Shown here piece after piece: positions 13,388-24,634 of a stretch of DNA of 64,000 nt. Under the pieces are notes generated by a model. That model saw only the letters and a list, made by a program, of their open reading frames with translations, was not told the DNA's origin and did no database searches. This stretch comes from Haliotis rubra (Eukaryota): NCBI RefSeq assembly GCF_003918875.1, contig NW_025764892.1, positions 1,984,001 through 2,048,000 on the forward strand. Reading direction: 5' to 3'. Each line of letters starts with the position of its first letter. Positions within the stretch are counted from its first letter, which is position 1. Made by a program: the position numbers and the translations under genes.

Positions 13388-13781
13388 TGGCATCAAGTAC
13401 TGGTTAGCATTCTTGAACATATTGATGCTGACAAGTATTTGAGTTTTGTCAGTTACCCGGGCTAAAATACCTACAACCTACAGTATATTGAAGTATTGAA
13501 TGATGAGAAAACGTCATCGACATGTGCCACACAGACCCTCACTTTCTGCACACGACACTCAACTTGCATTAGACCATAACGTCAAACAACCGGTGTCGTT
13601 AAACGTAATGCGAGTATTCAAGCCTCATTTTGGAATTATGCAGTGATTGGAAAAACACCCAATGACTACCTGGGCATCTGTTGTGTGTGTTCCCATCCTA
13701 ACCTGACGGGAAACTACAGTGAGTTCGAGAGAGAGGGTTTCGGTCTGTCATTTTCACTACACGTGGCTTCAGTACAGTAAA

Positions 13782-13947
13782 CTGACTGACTGAGTATGGT
13801 TTTACGCCGCTTTTAGCAATATTCAAGCAATATCACGGCGGGGAACGCCAGAAATGGGCTTCACACATTGTACCCAGGTACGGAATCGAACTCGAATCTT
13901 CGGCGTAACGAGCGAACGCTTTAACCACTAGGCTACCCCACAGCTCC
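13782..13947 (-). mobile_element. tRNA-derived SINE family B, copy
   Basis: A-box/B-box head (gtagcctagtggttaaagcg ... gttcgattcc), (TCAG)n tail, 12-bp TSD cagtacagtaaa. Partial copies also at ~12997-13085 and ~15615-15723. Confidence 0.9.
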
Positions 13948-14563
13948 CAGTACAGTAAAACAACACCAAATCACACAATAATTATTCAGTGATGACATTT
14001 CACTCTTGTGTTGTGATTATAGGTATTTTTATCCATTCTGGCAGCTTGAAAAATGTTTCTTATTTTCTCTAAAGAGAAAACACAACTGTCTGACCCTTGC
14101 ACCGTTATCTGGAGACAAAAACTTCGGTTGTTTATGTTCACTAACGTCACCACTCCAGTGAGTTTTCCAGTGAGATATCAATAGTTCCCAGTTCCAATAA
14201 ATCTATATTTGTACTGTACTATCTAGAACAGGAGATGATCGTTAAACGAAGGGGAAAAGTGAATCCACAATGCCTCTTTCAGAATATGGTCAAATGTAAC
14301 ATGTTACATTTGGGATTACACTTTGACAGTAAAGTACATATTAGGCGTGGGGTGGGACGTACCCTCGCCCCTACCTACATCACCGGAATGTGAAAAAACG
14401 TACTTGAATATGTATTTTACTGAGAAAGTGTAAACTAAAATATAACAACTGCTACTTTAGACCACTTTCTGAAAAAGATTGTGTGGGATCCGTGATAGTT
14501 TACACTTGTCAGAGGGGTACACGAAATACGTGGCCTAAACTAGCAGTTGTCAGACTTGTAGAA

Positions 14564-14765
14564 GTGGCGATGGCTGAGTGGGTTAGATCGCTGAGTTTGT
14601 GTGCCTTACACTGAGAGTGTGTGTTCGAATCCAGGATGGAACTCAACCCCCTATGTACTAGAATATGTACTCTCTTGAGAAACTGTAATCACAAATATTA
14701 CATGTATAATAAATATGAAATGTTACAAGTGTCAGTACTTATGTCAATAATGTATCTCTTTAAAC
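14564..14765 (+). mobile_element. tRNA-derived SINE (family D), single copy
   Basis: gtggcgatggctgagtgggttaga (A box) ... gttcgaatcc (B box), without a complete cloverleaf, followed by an AT-rich body. Confidence 0.5.
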
Positions 14766-16203
14766 TTTAAATCATCGCGAGACCTACCACTACCTGTAGC
14801 AGTAACTGTCGTAGCTGAAGCGTTTAGCCTGGACATTCAACAAACATGGACGAAAAGGTTCGTGATAAATCTCTACATAGAGCAGTTGCGTGATAACACT
14901 TGAGGCGTGTAAAGTTACATAATAAAGATATTACTCCTGTTCTTAAGTCCCATGTATCATTTAAATAAAATAACCCAGCATTAGACTCTGGAGAATATCC
15001 ATGAGTGAGACGGTGACAGTATATAGACAAGAGATTTAACAGTTAATGTCCTACCTGTTCGTCTGTCCGTTTTCGACTCGTGTGGTTCTAGACGTCGAAA
15101 GGCGACATACTATCATTAGTAACCAACAAAGGATCTTTTCAACTGTACGCTAGTTTTATGCTTTCCTTCTCAAGGAGACTTTCAATACATGCCAAAAACC
15201 GCTAAGCAGGAAGTTGCATGCACAGCTACTGATTACACGTTTTACAAGTTCTCCGAGAATGCATTCCACCCTGATGAGAACGTAGCCATACAAGGTATAT
15301 TCTAGCCAGTGTCAGGTTTCAAACTGGGTCGGGCAGGCATGCGTAACCAACATAAGAGGCCCAGAAACGTGCTGTAGATTCGCCTACAATTGCATGGCGA
15401 CCTGCTGCACGAATAGGCCAGGTCGACAGGAAAACAACAATCTCTTACCTAACCTCACCTTGAAGCATATACAATCATTTAATACTGAATAGATATGACC
15501 TATTTATGATGAGTTCGTTCTGGGTACTTAGGTTCCATACTGTATTTTGTGTAAAGGCAGTTAAACGTATTTTATATACATATATTTGTCTGGTCTGTCA
15601 TACATTGCGTGGTACGTTTGTACGCCACTTTTAGAAATATATTAAAGCAATATCACGGCGGGGGGCACCAGAAATGGGCTTCACACATTGTACCCATGTG
15701 GGGAATCGAACTCGGGTCTGCGGCCAATATCTAAGCCAATGCAAACCTAAACTACCACACTTTCAGAAAGAGGGAAGTCTGTGGGGTCCTTTTCATTATA
15801 TTCTATTATTATAATTTATGATTTAACCGGCGTTTTTTCTGTAACATTTGTTCATTTCAGAGACTAGATGTTAGTCTAGTATTTGTCATCAACTGTGATG
15901 AACATCTCGGTTAAATATTTGTAGAATACGTTTCTTTGTCTTTCAACATTATTCCGAATATATGACGGTGATCTGTAATAAACAACTCTGGACTAGACAA
16001 TCGAGTGATTGACGTCATGATTGTGGTTTTACGCCTAATTTAGCAATATTCCAGCAATATCACGGAATATCATATAGCAATATCATGACACCAAATAAAC
16101 AAAGAAAGTGACCGAGCCTGTTCCATCTTAAGAGGGGGTGATATAGAGCATACATTAGCAACTAAAGTACGTCCCACAACCAGTGTCAACACCCCAGGTT
16201 AGA

Positions 16204-16441
16204 CCCGTGAGGTTCCCGGGTTAGAACTGATCTTCAGTAACCCATGCTTGTCGTAACTAACTGGATAGGGTGGTCAGGTTGGCTGATTTGGTTGACACAT
16301 GTCTTTGCATACAAGTTGTGTAAATCGATGCTCGTGATGTTGATCACTGGATTTTCTGATCCAGACTCGATTATTTCCAGACCGCCGCCATACATCTTGC
16401 ATATTGCTGGGTGCGACGTTAAACAACAAACCAACCAACCA
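16204..16441 (+). mobile_element. Short retroposon family A, diverged copy
   Basis: Matches family A consensus; (AAC)-type tail. Another partial copy at ~17420-17622. Confidence 0.85.
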
Positions 16442-16446
16442 AATAC

Positions 16447-16563
16447 ACCAGGGCCTAGATTTTCGAAGCTCCCTTAGCGCTAAGATAGTCGTAAGTCTAT
16501 GTTAATGTATGGCACTTACGACTATCTTAGCGCTAAGAGAGCTTCGACAATCTAGGCCCTGGT
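16447..16563. mobile_element. Small palindromic MITE (Harbinger-like ends)
   Basis: accagggcctagattttcgaagctcccttagcgctaagatagtcgtaagt ... acttacgactatcttagcgctaagagagcttcgacaatctaggccctggt. Confidence 0.85.
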
Positions 16564-17825
16564 CATTTTCTATGCAGTACTGACGCTGATTTATCGTATA
16601 TCTTCAGCGCTAGTTTGTTACAAGTTACAAGCTGCTGTGATCCATGAGTACGAAAAAAAGGTGTTGATGGCTTGAACCAGGGATTGGTTGTAAATATTTG
16701 TACAATCAGGTGAAAGGCGTCATTGTAAAGATTGTGTGGCGTGTTTCAATTAATGTAAGCCCTACAACAATGTTGTCCTTACAAGGAAGTTATATCTGGA
16801 TCTAATAGAAATTCAACGTGCACGCTGATCCGTCGCAAAACATGGTTGATACCCTTACTATCTTCCAATTGTTCACCTATACATGTAAACTGTTTCTGAT
16901 TTAGTATGGGCGAGCTGTGAGAGTTTTTAAATAATAATAATCCTAAAGAAATCATCCATTTTGAAAGGCGGTGGATGTTCTGTCCTTTCCTGAAAAGTTT
17001 TCTACAACAGGATAGGCTCATAAACCATTGAAGTCAGCCACGGTGACACTAATAACAATTGTTCTGATCACGCTGTCGTCGACAGCAAACACCCGATACA
17101 TACCTATTGCATGTCTGTATGCCATCTCCATATCTACTCCTGACAAAAGGATCTAGTGTGACCGCGCTGAACTTCACGAGCATGCCTTTGAATAAGTGAG
17201 GTTTTTTTTAAACTTCGGATAGCAACATTAGCCAAAAACACACTCAGAAAACTATTGTCGTGGGTTCACGTATCCGATCCGATTATACTCAAGATAGACA
17301 TACACAATTATGATAACTAAAGTCACGTTAACTGTTGATTTTATCATGTCATCTGACGTAGTGTCTCCGAATACTTCCATTGTATCAGGAATTCCAGGTG
17401 GGTTAGCGGTCGGCAATCAATAACCCATGCTTGTCGTAAGAGATCCCGACTAACGGGGTCGGGTGGTCAAGCTTGCTGACTTGGATGACACATGTCATCG
17501 CATCCCAACTGCGTAGATAGATGCTCATGCTGTTGATCACTGGATTGTTTTGTCCAGACTCAGTTATTTACAGACCCCACCGTGGAATATTGCTGAGTGC
17601 GGCGTTAAACAACAAACAAACAATTACATGGTCCTTGATTTAACATGTCATTTCTTAAAATAAATATTACCCTTTAGAAAGGATAAACTTAACTATTGTA
17701 CAACAAAATAAAACTCTCTTTAAATATTCACTTCAATGGAATTACTGTGTGAGCTGTTTTTACGTCCCAAGGGTAACCGTCACGAAGAATCTAGAAGTCA
17801 CACCACGATCAGCTCATCGGGAACG

Positions 17826-18074
17826 TACCCGTGAAGATCCGGGTGAGAATTGATCTTCTGTAACCCATGCTTGTCGTAAGAGGCGAATAACGGGATCGGG
17901 TAGTCAGGCTCGCTGACTTGGTTGACACATGTCAACGGTTTCCAATTGCGTAGATTGATGCTCATGCTGTTGACAAATGGATTGTCTGGTCCAAACTCGA
18001 TTATTTACAGACCGCCGCCATAAAGCTGGAATATTGCTGAGTGCGGGGTAAAACTAAACTCACTCACTCACTCA
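17826..18074 (+). mobile_element. Short retroposon family A, full-length copy
   Basis: 13-bp TSD ctcatcgggaacg; (TCAC)n tail; begins at (t)acccgtgaagatcc. Confidence 0.92.
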
Positions 18075-18221
18075 CTCATCGGGAACGGGTAAGGGGCGCA
18101 ACCCTGCATAGCGAACTGCAGCGGCTTCGACAACAGACAGACAACATGCAACGCCATCTGTGTTCAGCACATGCGTTTTACAGTTTAATATATAAACACA
18201 TGCATACACGCACGCACACGT

Positions 18222-18533
18222 AAACGCAATGTTTCTTCAGCAACCCATGCTTGTCGTAAGAGTGGTCGGCGTCTGACGTCATCGGTGCGCAGTCTCGCTG
18301 ACTACAGCGGCTTGTAACGCTTGAAAGTGACATCCAGGTACATATTTACACTGACGGGATTTTAGCATTATATATACGAAGAACTTTCATTGTGGCCCCG
18401 TCAGTGACAATATATACTTAGAAGTCACTTTCAAGCGTTACAAGCCTCTGTGGTCAGCGAGACTGCGCACCGTTGACGTCAGACGCCGACCACTCTTACG
18501 ACAAGCATGGGTTGCTGAAGAAACATTGCGTTT
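18222..18533. mobile_element. ~310-bp palindrome whose outer arms contain family A retroposon sequence
   Basis: aaacgcaatgtttcttcagcaacccatgcttgtcgtaagagtggtcggcgtctgacgtc... is mirrored at the right end. The remaining family A body follows at ~18560-18690. Confidence 0.9.
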
Positions 18534-19199
18534 TCTTTACAAGCCTCTCTGTCGCTTTGACATCTGGCATCAAAACTGCGTAGTTCGATGCTCACGATTC
18601 CAGCTACTGGATCGTCTGGTCCAGACGCGATTGTTTACAGACTGCCGCCATACAATTGGAATATTACCCAGTGCGGCGTTAAAAAAACCAAAACATGATA
18701 GGTGAGGACAGGTTGTTACTTGAACAACGCCATTACTGAGGTCAAGGCCAGTATACCTGTCACAGTGACATATAGATGTATGTTGCCCAACCAAACACAT
18801 CGCTGTACAGGTGGTTTACGGTCACCGGAGTTTAATAACTGCTTTGTTAAAGCCCTACCTTGAGAAAACCAAACAAGACAGTCATACGATACGTAGTTAT
18901 GTACGCAGAGTGTCACAGGTCAAATAGTCCACCTGCATTCATACGGTTACTTAACGCAATTTGTCCTCGGGTATGTTGACTTAACAATTCCAAAACAACG
19001 CATCCAACCCAAAAATACAAAAAATATAACTTTGAAAATAATATTAACAAATTCAAATTTCAAATTGGGCAAATTTTAGTTACTACTACTAACCCGAAGA
19101 TATACGCTATACAGTAAACTACACTTACGAATGCCGTCATTGTCAGTTTGTTATAGACCTAATTTACTGTCATGAGCTATAAATGTCATTGAAATGTCA

Positions 19200-20620
19200 C
19201 ATTAACTAAATAGCCACTGTTATTCAGGTGTACATGGCTATTATCTATGCATTGTGTGTGGGTGCATGTTAGTATGCCGTCAAGCATGGTTCATGGTATC
19301 TTCTTGAAATGGTATCTATGCAGTTGCGTGGGAAGTGGTATCTTAGCGCTCAAGAATGTAAATCCATACACAGGTGCAGGTCTTTACATGATGCTTAAGG
19401 TGTTCTTTGTAAAAAATAGTTTGTGGGATTTAGAAGTATCCTGTCTTGTACTTTTTCGCATGTTAGAATGACAATGGCAATATGAAATACATTACCATGT
19501 TGGTACATGTACATGGTAAATCCCTGATTATCCAGTATATTGGATCTACACTGTGTTACATGTGCACTAAATAATATAACTGGTATGTGATACACTGAAT
19601 GTATCCCTTCAGGTCGATGTAACCATGTATTCCCTCGTCTGACCTCATACATTGGTCTCTGTGTAATCCATTCTCCCTCAGAACGGGCACCGTTTCCATA
19701 ACGGATTCTTACAAAATATAACATATGAAAACCATGACCATACCGTATCAATGCTTGTGTTGTAACCATGTGATATACGTGGCAGGACTCTATACCTGCA
19801 TGTTATACAAAACAGGCGACAGAATGATATCGTGTCGGATCCTTTCAGTGTTTTTGCATGACTGAGTTCTGAAATCCAATATGGTCCTTGCAGTGGTACA
19901 GCATTTCTACTTCATTTCTTAATAGTAAACAATACCGGGGAAGAGCCTGTTAGGTGACTTCCAAAACACCCCCACTGCCCAACTCAGAATTGTACGGCAG
20001 AGAAAACAACATTTTGCGAGTTATAAGATGCGAATAATATCACGGTTTATGATGTGGTGTTATAATTGTCGGAGAGAACAGTCTGGAATATGTTGCATCA
20101 TTATTACAAAATTAGTCTATTTTAATTTTAATGTTGTTTTTATTATTTGTTTCAAAATCAATCGCATATATGTTGGTGTCGGTGGTGTACTGTCATGCAC
20201 ATACTTAGTTATTATTGATCTAATTAATCAATCAATCAAGCTGACGCTTGGCTCGGACCAGACCAGTTTTTTCCAGTCACATCATGTTGTACTCGGATTA
20301 TCAGAATAGACTTTATGATCTATTCAAATCTAACAATTACTTCTTTACACATATTAGTCATAAGCAATGTCTCCACACCGGCTCGCGTTACTTGTACATG
20401 TTATTACTTGAAATGGACACCATCCCGGGGACTGTAGCTCACATTACAAAGGAACACTGACACGCAGACACTGGATATGAAGCCCTGTTGTTCTGCAATA
20501 ACTTTGATAGTTAATCCCTGCCTACCAACTGTGGCCTTGGATTGTGCCCCATGCTGGAGTTACCTTTGAACAATCTACAACGTACAATACAATTGTCAAC
20601 ATACAGAGGTCTGCCATGTT
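19200..20620 (-). pseudogene. Possible decayed gene for a secreted Cys-rich protein
   Basis: Manual minus-strand translation gives a signal-peptide-like start MADLCMLTIVLYVVDCSKVTPAWG, then a stop, and fragments such as GPYWISELSHAKTLKGSDTISFCRLFCITC. Many stops and frameshifts; no family confidently recognised. Confidence 0.25.
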
Positions 20621-21106
20621 ATTTCTGGCGCTGGTGCGCGTGCGCACGTGCTCCGTTCTACAAAGCGATTTTAGAGCTGCTATTATACTAACATCCAGTC
20701 TCTACTGTCATGCAATCAAACACTGTCTGTATTATGGGCCTATTTCCTCTTTACTGAATACACTGTCTGTCTGTTTGACATCTAGTCTCTGAAATGAACA
20801 TATTTTACAGAAAAAACCCACAATCTTCAAAAACTTTATAGGCTAATGATCTCAGAGAACGCCTTCATATTCAGAAACTGCGGCAATCTATACCTGAATG
20901 GTCTGTATTGGGTATTGTTCCAGGGTCTCTATGACAGACTGTGCTACCACAGTCAAAAGCAAATGCTAACGTAATGTATGGGAGTTACGAATCTTAGCAC
21001 AGCCTCCACAACTATATTTTATGTGTAGCGTTCAGCTAGAGTTGGTAAATAAAAAGCTAAAATAGGTTTGTGTAGCTTAATGTTTTATAATTTTCTTTGT
21101 TACAGA

Positions 21107-21353
21107 GTGAGTGAGTAAGTTTAGTTTTATGCCGCACTCAGCAATATTCCAGCTATGTGGCGGCGGTCTGTAAATAATCGAATCTGGACCAGACAATTCA
21201 GTTATCAACAGCATGAGCATCGATCTGCGTAACTGGGAACCGATGACATGTGTCAACCAAGCCAGCGGGCCTGACTACCTGATCCCGTTAGTCGCCTCTT
21301 ACGACAAGCATGGGTTACTGAAGGGTCATTCTAACCCGGACCTTCACGGGTCC
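21107..21353 (-). mobile_element. Short retroposon family A, full-length copy
   Basis: TSD ctttgttacaga/ctttggtacaga; 5' end ggacccgtgaaggtcc. Confidence 0.9.
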
Positions 21354-21828
21354 CTTTGGTACAGAAGAGGCGTAAGTACTTATTACTAATTAAGGTAAAA
21401 CTACGGGATATTTAGTATTCTACAATAACATATATGTGTACTTACAAATGAGACTGAGAATGTTTTTCTCTCTTATAAAACGATAAATGTGGCCAGTAAC
21501 TACAATCAATTATGTGCATATGGATGTATTATAACTGTAATATTGCATCACTTTCGAAGTTGAATCTTTCCAGTTATTTATCTATAAAAGCCGAAGTGAA
21601 TAAAAATAATATGAACTTTCTAAATCAATTTTCTTGTTGTGGTTGTTGAATCTGTAAATCAGAAAATGAGTTTCCAAATATTGGAAAGAAGAATAAGTGA
21701 AAAGTATTGTCACAGATACAAATCTAACTTAAGACAGTCATATCAAGAAGTAAAGAACTTAATGTCGCTTTCTAAACCACATTGCCTACGTAGATCATGA
21801 TTAAGATTTAGTCTCTGAAATGAACATA

Positions 21829-23365
21829 TACTAAGCAGCAAAAGAAACGTCAGTTTGGAATTTTCCTTCGCAGAAACGGATAACTGTAAACTCATTTAAT
21901 GTTTTGATTGTATATTTTTGGCAACATCTCCAACTTTACCTGAGCAAAGACATTCCTTCCCAAACTCAGAATTAAACCCAGGAAATGGTCTCAAAAACGC
22001 AACCTGATCTCGGACATGGTACGGTGTTCTCCATTTTCTTCATGCAACTCATGCTGCACGTGCTGTTCACAAGGACCAGTCCTACAAAATGCACCCCCAA
22101 ACCTGGTTGAAACATTCACATTACAACGTCAGCAGGATGCCGCGACTCAGGACAGCTCAAAGGAACCAGGCGCTATAGGAAGATTTGAAGCTGGCCACAC
22201 TGCACAAGCCGTTGCCAATCACTTCCAGGGCAACGTTCGGACCATCTCCAGGCTGCAGCAACGTTTCCGGGCCACCAACACCACAAATGATCGCCCCCGT
22301 GCTGGCAGACCAAGAGTGACCACAAGACGACAAGACCGCCATGTTGTGCGACAGCATGTACAGAATCCTTTCATGCAGGCATCCGAAAGAGCACGCCAGA
22401 CAGTGGGAACACACGGAAGACCAATCAGTACTGATACAGTACGCCGACGTCTTAACAGCGGGAACCTCCATTACCGTAGACCTTACCGTGGACCTATCCT
22501 CACCCCTCGTCATCGGCATGAACGTCTACAGTTTGCCCTACAACACCAAAACAGGCGATACAGGCAATGGAGAACTGTTCTGTTCACAGATGAGAGTCGG
22601 TACTGCGTATCAACTGCAGATGGCAGAACAAGAATATGGCGACGACGTGGCCAGCGTTACGCAGACCAATGTGTTATGGAAAGAGACTCATGGGGAGGTG
22701 CAAGCATCATGGTATGGGGTGGAATAGGCCTGAACCAGAGAGTGGGTCCTGTGGTGTTTCAGAACCTTGGTCCAGGGAGAGGAGGCGGCATCACAACGGT
22801 GCACTACATCGACCAAGCTCTCAGACCCCACGTCATACCACATTTCGCACGTCACAGGAACAACATTTTCCAGCATGATAACGCCCGGGCCCATACTGCC
22901 AGAGCTACACGGGACTTCCTACAGCAGAACGGTGTCAACATTATGCAGTGGCCAGCCCTTAGTCCTGATTTAAACCCAATTGAACATCTTTGGGATGAAA
23001 TTCAGAGGAGACTGAATAATGTCTTACCAAGGCCGAACACAGCCGATTTATTGCGCCAGGCCTTTCTCAGAGTGTGGTTCCAGGTGCCAATGGCCTTCAT
23101 CAATCGATTGGTGCACTCCATGCATAGACGCTGTGCTGCAGTTATTGCCGCTCATGGTGGTCACACTAGATACTGAAGTCAAGGGTCTGAATGGACTGCA
23201 AACGTTCGCGTAATGTCTTGAAATTGTGCTGAGTTATTCATTGTGTCAAGATATTGTACACAAAAAATGTTTTTGATCCGCTTATTATGTCCATTTCTGT
23301 AATGATTTGATAACAGTGCCTATCTAAATTCGAATTCGTACTGACCTTTTTTTCGCTGCTGAGTA
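21829..23365 (+). mobile_element. Tc1 (DD34E) DNA transposon, full length
   Basis: TA|tactaagcagcaaaagaaacgtcagt versus reverse complement of right end TA|tactcagcagcgaaaaaaaggtcagt. ~1.5 kb; contains the transposase ORF. Confidence 0.93.
22016..23176 (+). CDS. Tc1-family transposase (DD34E); the native start at 22137 appears frameshifted
   Basis: GRPR linker, FTDES, WGGI, FQHDNA-34 aa-E in WPALSPDLNPIEHLW, and C-terminal GGHTRY. ATG 22137 reads MPRLRTAQRNQAL* and needs a 2-nt correction to join IGRFEAG. Confidence 0.93.
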   Translation: MVRCSPFSSCNSCCTCCSQGPVLQNAPPNLVETFTLQRQQDAATQDSSKEPGAIGRFEAGHTAQAVANHFQGNVRTISRLQQRFRATNTTNDRPRAGRPRVTTRRQDRHVVRQHVQNPFMQASERARQTVGTHGRPISTDTVRRRLNSGNLHYRRPYRGPILTPRHRHERLQFALQHQNRRYRQWRTVLFTDESRYCVSTADGRTRIWRRRGQRYADQCVMERDSWGGASIMVWGGIGLNQRVGPVVFQNLGPGRGGGITTVHYIDQALRPHVIPHFARHRNNIFQHDNARAHTARATRDFLQQNGVNIMQWPALSPDLNPIEHLWDEIQRRLNNVLPRPNTADLLRQAFLRVWFQVPMAFINRLVHSMHRRCAAVIAAHGGHTRY

Positions 23366-24211
23366 TATTTTACATACCAAAATGTTCTCAAATTATATAA
23401 AATAAATTTAAAGAAGTCAAGAGACCTTCTATTTTTCAGAGACTGAATCTGAGACTCCAGTTTCTAAACGTGCCAATTATTATGGACAACAAGGGCTGTA
23501 AATATTTGTTTTCAGAGTATGTATGAGAGAGTAACGAAGTCCAAGAGGGTATCGATATGGACGTCCCACTACCAGCACAAGCTAACAACATGCACTTTAT
23601 TAAAAGTAAACGAATCACATCACTGTACTTGTATAATACGATTTAAATGATGACATAACTCATTTGGTGATATTTATTGACGAAACTTATAAAGCTGTAC
23701 ATACTCTTAACATCCGAAATGCCACAACGTTTACCGTTCTTGCTCACGTGTTTGACACGTACCTACTTTGGTTATCTGAATGGTCTGGCAACCTTCATGA
23801 ATCCACGATCCGCAGGAATGAAACATCTACTTTGAGTGTCCGGTTTCATTGTCATTAACAAACAGTTTCTGCCACTTTAACACTCTGACAAATATCGGTG
23901 ATGGTTGTGTGTCATCGCAGAGGATTGATTGCAGATTTTGGTCTTCATAAACTTCAACCCTCATGTCAGGAGTAATACATCACGGTTGTTAACACGACAC
24001 TTCTTGTTTCACCAATATATTTTTGTACTCTTCAACAAACACCTCTTTACCACTGAATGTACGAGCAAACCATATCTTAAGGAAATTAATAAAAACTAAA
24101 GGAATCTACATTCTCTGAAAATAGGTGTGGCTGTACAAACCAGAGAGCACGCAGTGTCCGGTATCTTCCAACACACACGTGTCTTCACATGGGTAGGGGC
24201 AGTTATCTCCC

Positions 24212-24634
24212 CTAATCTGTCTCTTGGCGTACAGAGACCACCACATCCTGGCCAAGCGCGTCGATGACGGTAACAAAGGGAAACTCTCCTTCATCGAATC
24301 TCATCTTGATGTCTTTTCCTAAGTCCCCATCCGGTAGTTTAAGGTCGTCTCTGACATTACCTTTGTTGTCAGCGATGGATATGAACCCCCCGTCCAGGAT
24401 ATCCACCAGCTGAAACTCCTGACCCGGCAGAGTTTTCATAATATGTTTTAACGGGAGGGTGTCTTCGTAGCTGGTATGAGTGATAACGTCAGAACCAACT
24501 AGACGCACCTTGCCTTTCTCGGTCTTGGGAGCTGAACATTCCATAATCTTGCAGGGACGACCTTTCAGGACAACGTGATCGTTCACCTTCACGGAAGAAC
24601 ACTGCTTCATATCCGAAGAACCAAAATCCGCCAT
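24212..24634 (-). CDS. Divergent eIF5A-like protein lacking the canonical hypusine motif
   Basis: QCSSVKVNDHVVLKGRPCKI, KVRLVG.D, YED, FQLVDI.DGGFIS, GNVRDDLKLPDGDLGKDI and VTVIDALG align to eIF5A over its whole length. STSKTGKHGHAK is replaced by SAPKTEK---GK. Single coding exon. Confidence 0.9.
   Translation of the reverse strand: MADFGSSDMKQCSSVKVNDHVVLKGRPCKIMECSAPKTEKGKVRLVGSDVITHTSYEDTLPLKHIMKTLPGQEFQLVDILDGGFISIADNKGNVRDDLKLPDGDLGKDIKMRFDEGEFPFVTVIDALGQDVVVSVRQETD

Noticed and set aside
14341-14538. ttaggc...gcctaa possible MITE
   Set aside because: Inverted match too short to support.
15271-15330. ctgatga as a hammerhead ribozyme core
   Set aside because: No stem II followed by GAAA, and no supporting stems.
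19395-19769. 124-aa minus-strand ORF as an intact gene
   Set aside because: No recognisable domain; neighbouring frames carry stops, so it is treated at most as part of a decayed gene.
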